IMG/VR virus record: IMGVR_UViG_2877800095_000002
Direction: 5' to 3' (one strand)
Origin: an uncultured virus (IMG/VR IMGVR_UViG_2877800095_000002)
Taxonomy: Duplodnaviria > Heunggongvirae > Uroviricota > Caudoviricetes
Length of the DNA stretch: 64,000 bases
A program made the translations under genes and the position numbers. Shown here in pieces: positions 8,995-17,518 of this stretch. Within the stretch, counting starts at the first letter, position 1; each line of letters opens with the position of its first letter. The notes under the pieces were generated by a model. The model was not told where the DNA came from and ran no database searches. It worked only from the letters and a program-made list of their open reading frames with translations.

Positions 8995-10740
8995 TCAGGC
9001 CGCAGCCTGTTGCTGCTGGTCGACGAGTTGCCCGGCGTCGATCCAGACCGCCTGTAGCCATGCCGGTGTCTTCGCCATCGGCTCCTTGAGCGTGCCGGCG
9101 ACGATCAGCGTGTCGATCTCGCCGCCGGCGGCCAGGCTCTGGAACAGCTTCATCGCCTGCTGAGTGCGAGCAGGGATATCCAGCACGTCGAAGCGATCCA
9201 GCAACGCCAGGCGCAGGCCGGAGATCGTCGCGATGGTCAGGGCCAGCGTCGCGTCGCACCGCCAGCGTTCGGACTCGGACAGCAGGCCGTACAGCCGGCC
9301 GCCGAACGTGACGTCGATGTCGGCGCTGATCTGCACGGGCGACCAGCCGGCGGTGCCGGATAGGCGCTGCAGCAGCTCGTTCACCGGTCCGATCGCGTCG
9401 GCCAGGATCTCAGCCGGGATACCCGCGGGGGAAAGGGCATCGGCCAGGGCGCTCCAGGCGCAGACCTCGGCGTGGAAGCCGGCGGCCTGCTTGATGACTT
9501 CCTGGCGCTGGGCGGCGGCGTTGAACGCTTCCTGCAGCGACTGCACCTTGGCCTGCTGCCGGTCACGCGCCTGGCGCAGTTCGTTGATCGCCTGTTCGCC
9601 GTTGGCGATCGCCTCTGCGCTGGGCGCCTGGGCGGTTTCGGCTTCCAGGGCGGCGGCCTGCGCGGCGGCGTCTTCGCTCTCCTTCAGGTCCCGCTGGCTG
9701 TTGGCGACGGCCCGCTGAGCGCTGGCAAGATACCCGCGGTACTCCTCCTGGCGTTTCGCCGCCTCGGGATCGGCAACCTTCGCCGGTGGCTGGTACGCGA
9801 CCAACTGGCCGGCCTGCAGGTCCACGGCGCCCTGGCAATGAGGGCAGGTCAGCGGCTGGTGGGCGGGCTCGCCGCTGGCGGCGGCCTCGGCTGCCATCAC
9901 CTTTTCCGACCATTCGTCCTGATTGGCCTCGTCGGTTGCCAGCTTGTTGCGCCGGCGGTCGGCCAGCGCTGCGGTTTCGCGCAGAGCGGTGATGCGGCTG
10001 GCCCGCGCCTGGGCGTCGGCGTGGGCGCGCTTGCTGGAGCCCAGGGTCTGCTGGGCCTCGTCCAGGTCCTGGGCGGTGGCTCGCAGTTCCGCGCGCGCCG
10101 ATTCCAGTTCCTCCTCGCTGACGATGACCGGCGGCGCCTCCGGCTCCCACCCGTTCGCCTTCTCGCTGCCGTAGTTCTCGCCGGTGATAGCCTTCCAGGC
10201 GCCGCGCGCCTCGCTGGCGTATGACTTGGCCTGCTCGACGGCGGCCGGGAACCCGGAGCGAAGCAGGGGCTTCACCTTTTCGAACAGCGCCAGGTCCAGG
10301 CCTTTGGCTTCCAGCCGCTTGCCGACTTCGGCCGGGCTGGCGCTGGCGCCGGTCAGGTCGAACAGCACCCGGCGGCGATCTTTGGCGTCCAGAGCGGCGA
10401 AGCGGCTGGCGTCGAGCACGAACGGCAGGAACGGCGAGTCGGCGAGCGGGGAGCCTTTGCCGCTGGGCAGCGCGACCCCGCAAGCCTGAACCTCGCCGGC
10501 CTCGTCCAGCCACTCGACACGGGCCTCGCCCTTCTTGGCGCCCTCGGTGATCAGTTGGCCGATATGCTGCTTCTGCGCAACGCGGCCGGGCTTACCGGTG
10601 AAGGCGTGGCTGATGGCGTCGAGCAGCGAACTCTTGCCGGCGCCGTTGTGGCCGGCCACCAGGAGCACCGGCGCAGAAACATCAAGGGCCGCATGACGCA
10701 GCCCTTGGAAGTTGGTGATTTCGAGTTTCGTGATGCGCAT
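8995..10740 (-). CDS. Rad50/SbcC-like SMC ATPase
   Basis: Walker A GHNGAGKSS, coiled coils, CPHC hook, LSESE, Walker B LALLD. Confidence 0.85.
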   Translation of the reverse strand: MRITKLEITNFQGLRHAALDVSAPVLLVAGHNGAGKSSLLDAISHAFTGKPGRVAQKQHIGQLITEGAKKGEARVEWLDEAGEVQACGVALPSGKGSPLADSPFLPFVLDASRFAALDAKDRRRVLFDLTGASASPAEVGKRLEAKGLDLALFEKVKPLLRSGFPAAVEQAKSYASEARGAWKAITGENYGSEKANGWEPEAPPVIVSEEELESARAELRATAQDLDEAQQTLGSSKRAHADAQARASRITALRETAALADRRRNKLATDEANQDEWSEKVMAAEAAASGEPAHQPLTCPHCQGAVDLQAGQLVAYQPPAKVADPEAAKRQEEYRGYLASAQRAVANSQRDLKESEDAAAQAAALEAETAQAPSAEAIANGEQAINELRQARDRQQAKVQSLQEAFNAAAQRQEVIKQAAGFHAEVCAWSALADALSPAGIPAEILADAIGPVNELLQRLSGTAGWSPVQISADIDVTFGGRLYGLLSESERWRCDATLALTIATISGLRLALLDRFDVLDIPARTQQAMKLFQSLAAGGEIDTLIVAGTLKEPMAKTPAWLQAVWIDAGQLVDQQQQAAA

Positions 10741-10743
10741 GGC

Positions 10744-11733
10744 TCACTCCAGGGTGATGGGCTCTTCGGCCGGGGCCTTGGTGGCAACGGCGACGCGGTA
10801 GGTGTTGAGGTCGGGCGATTCGCCTTCGGTGGCGAGCGTGATCACACCGTCGTCGAGCAGCTTCAGGGCGACAGCCAAGGACTCGTCGGTGCTCAGCGCG
10901 AAGCGCGACTGCAGCCAGCCCGGGGTGATCTCGTCTTTGCGCAGCACCAGGACGGTGATGTCGTCGATGGTGTGGCCGCCGTAGGTTGTGGCGCCGGGCT
11001 CGGCGGCACTGCTCAGCAGGTCTTTTTCCGGTTCCGGCGGCGATTGCAGGATCACCTCGCGCTCGCCGTTGGAGTTCGGTGCTGATACAACGCCGGCGGC
11101 TTCCATTTCCTCGACGATGCGCGCGGCGCGGTTGTAGCCGATTTTCAGGTAGCGCTGGAGCCCGCTGATGCTGACCCGGCGTGTGTCGATGACATGGCTG
11201 ACCGCTTCAATGTAGAGCGGGTCCTGCGCGCCAGTGCCGCCGGCCTCGTCGCCATCGTCGCTTTCGTCCAGGGCCAGGGCGCTCTGGTCGGGATCGGGTA
11301 CGACGGTGTCCATGCCCTGCAGGTACTCCTCAGCGTCGGCCACCACCAGCATGCAGACCTTGCCGGCACGGTCGATTAGGTCGTGACGCAGCGGGTCGAA
11401 CTGGCTGACCTTGAAGGTCGCCTTGATGCCTTCTTTGATCGCCACCGACTCCAGGATGCCGCCGATGGCCGGGCGCTCGCCGGCGGAAATCAGCTTGACC
11501 GCATACTTCACGGTGCGCTCTACGGTGCTGCGCAGGCGGTCGATGACGTCGGCTTGTTTCTTTTCGGTCAGCTTCGGCCAGACATCCGGCAGGACGCGGA
11601 CCTCCTGCAGCAGGGCCTGGAGCAGGTCGCGGCCGAGCGTTTCGGCAGCGAGGGAAACTACGGTGGCGGGCTGTTCCTCGTCGAACTCTTCTACGAGGTC
11701 TTGAGCGATAGTTGCGGCGGTTTGGGCTGTCAT
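10744..11733 (-). CDS. FtsK gamma-domain protein
   Basis: [34 protein letters not shown]. Confidence 0.85.
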   Translation of the reverse strand: MTAQTAATIAQDLVEEFDEEQPATVVSLAAETLGRDLLQALLQEVRVLPDVWPKLTEKKQADVIDRLRSTVERTVKYAVKLISAGERPAIGGILESVAIKEGIKATFKVSQFDPLRHDLIDRAGKVCMLVVADAEEYLQGMDTVVPDPDQSALALDESDDGDEAGGTGAQDPLYIEAVSHVIDTRRVSISGLQRYLKIGYNRAARIVEEMEAAGVVSAPNSNGEREVILQSPPEPEKDLLSSAAEPGATTYGGHTIDDITVLVLRKDEITPGWLQSRFALSTDESLAVALKLLDDGVITLATEGESPDLNTYRVAVATKAPAEEPITLE

Positions 11734-11745
11734 TGGCTGCTGTTC

Positions 11746-11946
11746 CTACTGGTTGGCGATGCGTTCGAGGGTGGTGTGCTGGGACTCGCTGAGGAACATC
11801 CGCGGGCCGTAGCGCTGGAAGTTGGCGCGCAGGTCGGCGGTGAACTCTTCTTCCCAGGTGGTGGCGGCATTCAGCTCCGCCGCGCCGAGGAGGCTGTTGA
11901 ACTCCTCGACACGGTCGAACTGCTCTTCGACGGTTCGGCTGGGCAT
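11746..11946 (-). CDS. Phage hypothetical protein
   Basis: Fills the operon gap; typical codon usage. Confidence 0.7.
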   Translation of the reverse strand: MPSRTVEEQFDRVEEFNSLLGAAELNAATTWEEEFTADLRANFQRYGPRMFLSESQHTTLERIANQ

Positions 11947-11952
11947 GGCCGG

Positions 11953-12840
11953 TTACTCGAGATTGAGCTCGTCGGTGCCGGTGTCGCCGGTGTCCGACTG
12001 CTGGCCCGGGGCGGGTTCGGTGATTTCGCCCGTCTCGGTGTTCACGCCGTCCGGGTCCTGGTCGTCAACAACGCTGTATTCGCCGGTGAGGATGGACGCG
12101 TTGTCCTGGTCCAATCCGGCGTCGGCGCGTTCGTCCAGGGTGACTGCGGTCTGCAACTCGATGCTGACCGGCAGGTACTTGAACAGCCGGCGGATGACGG
12201 TCTTCTTGGCCATCTCTTCGTAGTGGGTGACCCAAGGCCCGTTTCCGGATGCCTTGCTGGTGGCGCGTACTTTGTCGACGTCGGCCTTGCTCATGACCTC
12301 GAATTGCACGCCGCCGTCCTTCAGCTTGGCGACCGCGTAGACGTGGGTCATGACGCCGCGTTCACCTTCTCCCGGAACGTGCTGGACGTCTTCGTCGAGG
12401 CCGTAGCGATAGCTGAACTGGTCGTTCTGGTGCACGGTGCGCGCGGTGAGCGAAACGATCTGGCCGGAGCGCCGGGCAAGGTCAATCATCCCGCGGTAGC
12501 CGATGATCAACTGGACGTTCGACAGGCCATCTTTCGCCTTGCCGTTGCCGAACGGCAGCAGGTAGGCATGGCCGAGAGCGTTACCCGGTTCCAGGCCGAG
12601 CTGCGCGCATTGCATCACGGCGCCGAGGAAACTCTCCTGATTGCATTTCGCCAGGGCCGGTACTTTGCGGATCTCGGTCAGCGCGATGCGCGCGAGTCGG
12701 TCGGCGGTCATGTGCTTCGGAAGCGCCAGGGCCATCTGGGCTTTGATCTTCGGGTCAGTCATCAGGTGGGCCAGCGTTTTCGGCTGGCCATTGTTGGCGA
12801 CATTGCCGGTCGCGGCGGCTTTCAGGGCGGTTGCGGACAT
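11953..12840 (-). CDS. recT: RecT single-strand annealing recombinase
   Basis: CAQLGLEPG..LGHAYLLPF, IIGYRG, EEMAKKTVIRRLFKYLP. Confidence 0.95.
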   Translation of the reverse strand: MSATALKAAATGNVANNGQPKTLAHLMTDPKIKAQMALALPKHMTADRLARIALTEIRKVPALAKCNQESFLGAVMQCAQLGLEPGNALGHAYLLPFGNGKAKDGLSNVQLIIGYRGMIDLARRSGQIVSLTARTVHQNDQFSYRYGLDEDVQHVPGEGERGVMTHVYAVAKLKDGGVQFEVMSKADVDKVRATSKASGNGPWVTHYEEMAKKTVIRRLFKYLPVSIELQTAVTLDERADAGLDQDNASILTGEYSVVDDQDPDGVNTETGEITEPAPGQQSDTGDTGTDELNLE

Positions 12841-12852
12841 GCTGGGCTCCGG

Positions 12853-13761
12853 TTACTTGAGGCGGAAAACGCGGGATTCGCTGGTCTTCTTGAACTGCTC
12901 GAACAGCGCGGGGTGAGCTTCCTTGAAGGCGGATTGGTCGAAGCGGTTGGTGGTCTGGGACTTCCACGTCAGTACCGACTTGCCGTTGACCGTGAGTTGG
13001 GCGTGGTCCTGCATGAAGAGCTTGATGCGCTCCTCTGCGGACTCGATCTCGTACTCCAGGCCCTTGGCCTTGGCTTTCAGTTCGCGCAGGCGGTTGAACA
13101 CCTCCACGACCTTGCCATCGGCCTCGATGCTGGTTCCGGCGTCACGCTCGAACAGCCGGAGGATGTCGCTGACAGCGGTTGCTTCGGGCGGATCCAGGCG
13201 CTGGATGCGTCCCCAGAACTCGACCTCCTTCTCGCGAATCGCCGCGATGGTTTCGTCGTCCCGCTCGACGCGGTACACGCGGAAGTCGTCGCCGCCGATC
13301 AGCACGCCGAAGATGCAGACCTGGCGGCCGGTGACCATCAGGCCGTGCATGGCCTGGGCGGTGTAGTGGACTGGAATGGCATCGGTCTGAACCTCACCCC
13401 AGTCCTTTGCCTTGAATGGGCTGACCGTCTTGATCTCGATGTTTTCGCCGCTGGCGGCCTCGGCGTCGATCTCGGCGGCCATGAAGTCGTGCTGCTGGTC
13501 GCGGTAGCGGTTTCCGCGACCGATGATCTTCAGGCCGGTCTCTTCGGCCAGCAGGTCGATGACGTAGGGCTCCATCCGCTGGCCACGGGTGAAAATCTTC
13601 TGCTTCGCCGGGTCGACGGGACCGGTGCGCGGCTGGATCTTATCCAGGTACACGTCCAACGGAGTGCGCCAGGGGCTGATGCCGAGGATGCCGGCGACAT
13701 CGCTGCCGCCGAGGTACTTGGTGCGGTCGAGCGCGCCGACCGATGCGAGAGCTGCAGTCAT
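12853..13761 (-). CDS. YqaJ-like (lambda exonuclease family) nuclease
   Basis: LGGSDVAGILG.SPW, G..MEP, EIK, Y.AQ. Confidence 0.9.
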   Translation of the reverse strand: MTAALASVGALDRTKYLGGSDVAGILGISPWRTPLDVYLDKIQPRTGPVDPAKQKIFTRGQRMEPYVIDLLAEETGLKIIGRGNRYRDQQHDFMAAEIDAEAASGENIEIKTVSPFKAKDWGEVQTDAIPVHYTAQAMHGLMVTGRQVCIFGVLIGGDDFRVYRVERDDETIAAIREKEVEFWGRIQRLDPPEATAVSDILRLFERDAGTSIEADGKVVEVFNRLRELKAKAKGLEYEIESAEERIKLFMQDHAQLTVNGKSVLTWKSQTTNRFDQSAFKEAHPALFEQFKKTSESRVFRLK

Positions 13762-13771
13762 GGGGCTGGTC

Positions 13772-13981
13772 TCATTTCAGGGTGAGGGTGGTTGTTGCGT
13801 GAAGGCGGGGGTTGCGCCGGAAGCGCAGAACGCAGAGGTCGCCGCAGATGTTGGCGAAGAGCGGGTTGTGGTAGCCGTGGCGGTTGGCCAACTCGACGGC
13901 CTGGCGGATGCTCTTTCCGGCAAACTCTTCGATATCGTCGAGTTGGTCGTCGATGATCGAGCGAACGGGGCGGGTGGTCAT
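13772..13981 (-). CDS. Phage hypothetical protein
   Basis: ATGA coupling to the upstream gene. Confidence 0.6.
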   Translation of the reverse strand: MTTRPVRSIIDDQLDDIEEFAGKSIRQAVELANRHGYHNPLFANICGDLCVLRFRRNPRLHATTTLTLK

Positions 13982-14199
13982 GTGTTCGTGCTCCTGAGTT
14001 CTGCCCAGCGCGAATCCGCCGCGGCGTCGAGCCGGCGGCGCATGTCGTCGTAGAGGCGGGTGTCGATGAAGTCCACTGCGTAGGCCAGTTCGATCTGGCC
14101 GTGGAGGAAGCTCTGTTCGGGGCGCGGAAAGTGGGACCGGCGCATGGCCGTGATGCCTTCCTCAATCATCCGAACCGCGCGTTCATTGCTGAAGGCCAT
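13978..14199 (-). CDS. Phage hypothetical protein
   Basis: Start MAFSNE with AGGAGG RBS. Confidence 0.65.
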   Translation of the reverse strand: MAFSNERAVRMIEEGITAMRRSHFPRPEQSFLHGQIELAYAVDFIDTRLYDDMRRRLDAAADSRWAELRSTNT

Positions 14200-14335
14200 C
14201 GTCGTCCTCCTGCTCTTCGTCCTCGTGCTCCGGTTCCGGCTCCGGCTGGTCCCAGAGCGGGTCGACGGCACGGTCGTAAGCGAGTTGCGCGTTGCTGAAA
14301 GCCGCGCGGTTGCGGCGCTCGCGGTATGTCCACAT
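14183..14335 (-). CDS. 50-aa protein with acidic tail (not in ORF track)
   Basis: MWTYRERRNRAAFSNAQLAYDRAVDPLWDQPEPEPEHEDEEQEDDDGLQQ; GGAG RBS. Confidence 0.55.
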   Translation of the reverse strand: MWTYRERRNRAAFSNAQLAYDRAVDPLWDQPEPEPEHEDEEQEDDDGLQQ

Positions 14336-14434
14336 CGGGATGCTCTCCGTGGTTCACCTGCATTCGGCAGCACCCAGGCACACGGCAGTCGTGCCCGGTG
14401 GGGCGCCGTGGTGGGTGCTCTCGAATGGAGGTTG

Positions 14435-14458
14435 AAAAAAGCCCGGCCGGAGCCGGGC
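14435..14458 (-). terminator. Intrinsic terminator
   Basis: GCCCGGC-TCCG-GCCGGGC then T6. Confidence 0.75.
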
Positions 14459-14478
14459 AAAGAGGGGGAACGCTGCAT

Positions 14479-14688
14479 GCGCAGCGGGGAGTGATCTGGC
14501 CGGTCGCGACTCCGGCTCTGGCATCAGTGCGCTTCTCGGGTGTTTGCCGCTGCTGCGGTGACTGTGCTGATGCCCGGAACTTCATCGGCCATGGCCGCCC
14601 ACGTGCGCGCTTGTTCCCGCGCTTCCCGCGTGTCTCCAGGGAGCTTTCGGCTCCCAGCTTCCACGCCTCAAATCACTCCCCGCTGCGC
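14479..14688 (-). ncRNA. Putative structured RNA resembling c4 antisense RNAs
   Basis: Perfect 17-bp closing stem, internal hairpins, GCCGGAGTCGCGACCGGCCA arm, downstream terminator. Confidence 0.5.
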
Positions 14689-14911
14689 CCTGGCCGTGCC
14701 AGGAGCAGGAAAGAGAAGGGCGCCGCCAAGCGCCCTGTCTCCACTTACATGCACCGCCTTATGTGAAAGCGGTTGGGTACAGGCTCGACCGCATGTTGGT
14801 GATCTGCCGATTGAGGCTGGGCTACATGGTGAGGTCCCCCGTTGTACGCGCCGTTGGACCGGCGGGCGCTCGCCGTGGGTTAAACGCCCGGCAATGGGCC
14901 AGGCGCCGAAG

Positions 14912-15283
14912 TCAGGAGATCGCGGTGCAGGCCCGCAACGCCACCGGCGCCGACTGGCCTTCGATCCAGATAACCGCCGCCCCGCCAAGCGACACGCTGG
15001 CCCGGCCGACGGTGCGGGTGCGCTGCGGTTCGGCCCCTCGGTACGGGCGGTACTCGATCAGCGCTGGCGCCGGGTGCTCTCGGTTCCAGGCTTCGACCAG
15101 CTCCGCCGGCGGTACCGGTCGGACGTTGCCGATCTGCTGGTAGATCTCGGAGCGGTGGATGGCGACGTCGTCCGGGGCGGTGATGCCGAGGCGCACCTGG
15201 TCGCCTTGGCTGCCGAGGACAGTGACGGTGATGTTGTCGCCGATATGCAGGGTTTCGCCGGGTCTTCTGGTCAGGATCAGCAT
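14912..15283 (-). CDS. csrA: CsrA/RsmA-family protein with extra C-terminal domain
   Basis: [44 protein letters not shown]. Confidence 0.9.
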   Translation of the reverse strand: MLILTRRPGETLHIGDNITVTVLGSQGDQVRLGITAPDDVAIHRSEIYQQIGNVRPVPPAELVEAWNREHPAPALIEYRPYRGAEPQRTRTVGRASVSLGGAAVIWIEGQSAPVALRACTAIS

Positions 15284-15318
15284 GGTGTGACTCCGTTCAG
15301 GATGCTGGACGTGCGGGC

Positions 15319-15531
15319 TCAGGCCGGTTCGCAGTGGGAAAGGGCAACGCAACCGGACACTCCGGCGAGCCAGACGACAGCGGTGTGTCCGCCGAGGATC
15401 TGGGCTTCAGTAGTGGTCCGGGTGCGCTTCGGCGTTGCGCCGCGATGGAATCGGTAGTCGACCTCGGTGCCGACGGGATATGCGGAATTCCAGGCAGCAA
15501 CGGTCGCCGCCGGGTTGGCGTTTCGCTTCAT
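15319..15531 (-). CDS. Small protein paralogous to the C-terminal domain of the CsrA fusion
   Basis: AWN..P..Y...RGA.P.RTRT...AV.W..G....VAL..C shared with the neighbour. Confidence 0.75.
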   Translation of the reverse strand: MKRNANPAATVAAWNSAYPVGTEVDYRFHRGATPKRTRTTTEAQILGGHTAVVWLAGVSGCVALSHCEPA

Positions 15532-15584
15532 CGGGTGTCTCCGGATAGAGTTCGGTGATGCCCTGCTACCGGCAGGGCGGCGGG

Positions 15585-15860
15585 TTATAGGTCGGCCCAG
15601 CCTTGGATTGCTGGATCGATTGCCGGCGCCTGCTGCTTCAGCAGTTGGTCGGCGTACACGCGGGTTTCTTCCCAGGTGTCCGCATCGGCGAAGACGTGGC
15701 GCTTGTACTCGCCAGAAGTGACGCCGACGTAGCGAACAAGCGCGCCGTAGTCGCGGCAGATTTCCCGGCCGTCAGCGGCCAGCATCAGGTTGACGCAGCA
15801 GTACATGGCGCCGACTTCCAGCGGGTTGCGGTCAATGTCCAGAATCTGTTCAGTTGCCAT
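15585..15860 (-). CDS. Phage hypothetical protein, first gene of the PL transcript
   Basis: GGAGG RBS, start MATEQ. Confidence 0.65.
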   Translation of the reverse strand: MATEQILDIDRNPLEVGAMYCCVNLMLAADGREICRDYGALVRYVGVTSGEYKRHVFADADTWEETRVYADQLLKQQAPAIDPAIQGWADL

Positions 15861-16201
15861 CGTCTTGCCCTCCAGGGCGTGTTGACTTCCCAGATGCCCC
15901 TCTTGCGAAGGGCATCGAGGAAATCGGTGTTGCTGTTGCCCGGTTAGCGCTGGGCGGCGCTGCGCATCACGTGCGGGTCGTTCACACGGTTCGGGCATTT
16001 CGCCCTCGATCAGCCGTCTCTGGTCGCCCTGAGCAAGGGTCGCCATCGCGTTGGTAGGTGTTGCCTCAGCACCTATCTGATCGCCGGTCGCCGCAGAGGC
16101 GATGCGTTCTGCTGTTGATGTTGCTCACCCGACTTTCTGTCGCCCCACGGGTGATGGCCGGGGCTGCCTCGCCGCGTTGCGGCTAGCTGTTCATGGCGCG
16201 G

Positions 16202-16215
16202 GTTGTGAAAGAGCG
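16202..16215 (-). promoter_or_regulatory. boxA antitermination element
   Basis: CGCTCTTTCACAAC against lambdoid consensus CGCTCTTTAACAA. Confidence 0.7.
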
Positions 16216-16261
16216 GTCGGCTCGGTGGCCTGGCCGGCGGTGTGTTGCTGGCGTGTGTAGA

Positions 16262-16303
16262 AAAGTACACAACGTATTTATCATGGTCAATACAAAATGT
16301 ACT
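16262..16303 (-). promoter_or_regulatory. PL promoter with two operators
   Basis: TTGACC-17-TACTTT; TAC-N5-GTA at 16266-16276 and 16291-16301. Confidence 0.75.
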
Positions 16304-16353
16304 TATTTCTTCGAAAGAAAAGCCCGCTTGAGGGCGGGCTTGATGGTCAAAGA

Positions 16354-16593
16354 TCAGCGAGGGAGGTCGACGTACCAGTAAACGAATAGGCTCCCGTCAT
16401 TCCGAGCCTCGACATTTACGCCGTCGATACTGCGGAGGTCTCGCTCCAGTCGAAGCCAGGCCCATTCCGGTTCGTTGCTCGCGCGCTTGATCCGCACGGA
16501 CTGTTGGACTTGTGCCTGGGGGCTTTCAATCAGCGCCCGGACTCGGTCGACGACAGCGATATAGGTGGTTTCGGACCATGGAGAGAACAGCAT
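16354..16593 (-). CDS. DUF1654-like protein
   Basis: Aligns by eye with the divergent neighbour; terminator at about 16314-16341. Confidence 0.7.
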   Translation of the reverse strand: MLFSPWSETTYIAVVDRVRALIESPQAQVQQSVRIKRASNEPEWAWLRLERDLRSIDGVNVEARNDGSLFVYWYVDLPR

Positions 16594-16652
16594 TCCGAGT
16601 ACTCCTTGTGCTTCGATGCTGGCAGTTGCTGACAGAGTTCTGCTATAAAAAT

Positions 16653-16668
16653 ACTGTACGAATATACA
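16653..16668. promoter_or_regulatory. LexA (SOS) box
   Basis: CTGTACGAATATACAG matches CTGT-N8-ACAG. Confidence 0.85.
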
Positions 16669-16686
16669 GTGTGGAGGATTCTTTCG

Positions 16687-17001
16687 ATGGCCAAACAACA
16701 GAAGAAGCAGGACGCGAAACCGATGGCTCCGGTTGAGAAATTGGGGCTCCGCATATCGGAGATGATCAACTCACCGAAAGCCCAAGACCTGCGCACGGTG
16801 ACGATCCATCGCCTGGACACGGATCCGGATGAAGCGTGGGAGCAGGTGATGGAACTGCTGTCCGAGACCGACGGCATTGACATGGTTTTCAACGACGACG
16901 GCACGGTAACGCTGAAGTGGGAGGAGCGTGAAGGAAGTGACGACCAGGTGGAAAGCCAGAGCGAGGATATGGCGACCTATCAGGTCAAGGGGAGGATGTA
17001 G
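16687..17001 (+). CDS. DUF1654 family protein
   Basis: LGLRIS.MINSP.AQ..R.VTIHRLDTD...W..DDGTVTLKW; GGAGGA RBS. Confidence 0.8.
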   Translation: MAKQQKKQDAKPMAPVEKLGLRISEMINSPKAQDLRTVTIHRLDTDPDEAWEQVMELLSETDGIDMVFNDDGTVTLKWEEREGSDDQVESQSEDMATYQVKGRM

Positions 17002-17066
17002 GATGGAGACCACGTGGGCGGCGACCAGCCTCGTCAGCGTTGCATGGTCTGGCTCGACCGCAAACG

Positions 17067-17091
17067 AAAAGCCCCGCATCTGCGGGGCTTT
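17067..17091. terminator. Bidirectional terminator
   Basis: AAAAGCCCCGCA-TC-TGCGGGGCTTT between convergent genes. Confidence 0.8.
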
Positions 17092-17098
17092 GGGGGCG

Positions 17099-17518
17099 TC
17101 ATGATGGAAGTTGGATCAGATTGCTCTGGACGGCCGCAGCTTGGGCCTTGGTGATGTCTAGACTTTCCAAAGCACAATCCTGGATTGCGCGTGTGATTTG
17201 ATCGGAGAGCGTACAGACAGGCTTCACACGGCCAGAGAACCGTTTGTTCAGCATCTCAACGGCGTTCAGCTCATAGAACTCATTGAGGCATACCCAGCTT
17301 TCGCGTTTTAGGTAAGAGCACCCAGGTGGCAAGAAGAAGTTGTGGAACCGGTCTTTCGGCTGACAACCGAAAAGTGTGCCGCGCCCATGCTGTTGGGATG
17401 TAGTCTTAGCGACGACGGTAACAGAGTGGTCGCTTCCCAAGACTACGAAAAGCTTTTCACCGGTCTCGCCATCATGGAAATGGAACTCTTCATCGAAAAA
17501 GACCGATCCGGGTGTCAT
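17099..17518 (-). CDS. Putative toxin, PemK/MazF-like fold
   Basis: G.V....F.FHDG..GEK.FVVL...V.VAKTTS; ATGA-coupled to the Panacea gene. Confidence 0.6.
   Translation of the reverse strand: MTPGSVFFDEEFHFHDGETGEKLFVVLGSDHSVTVVAKTTSQQHGRGTLFGCQPKDRFHNFFLPPGCSYLKRESWVCLNEFYELNAVEMLNKRFSGRVKPVCTLSDQITRAIQDCALESLDITKAQAAAVQSNLIQLPS

Noticed and set aside
11383..13785. 800-aa plus-strand ORF
   Set aside because: Antisense shadow of recT and yqaJ, a common artefact in high-GC DNA
14479..14688. Hammerhead ribozyme or tRNA
   Set aside because: Has CTGATGC and CCGATGA but no CTGATGA core in the right context; no TTCGA T-loop or anticodon arm
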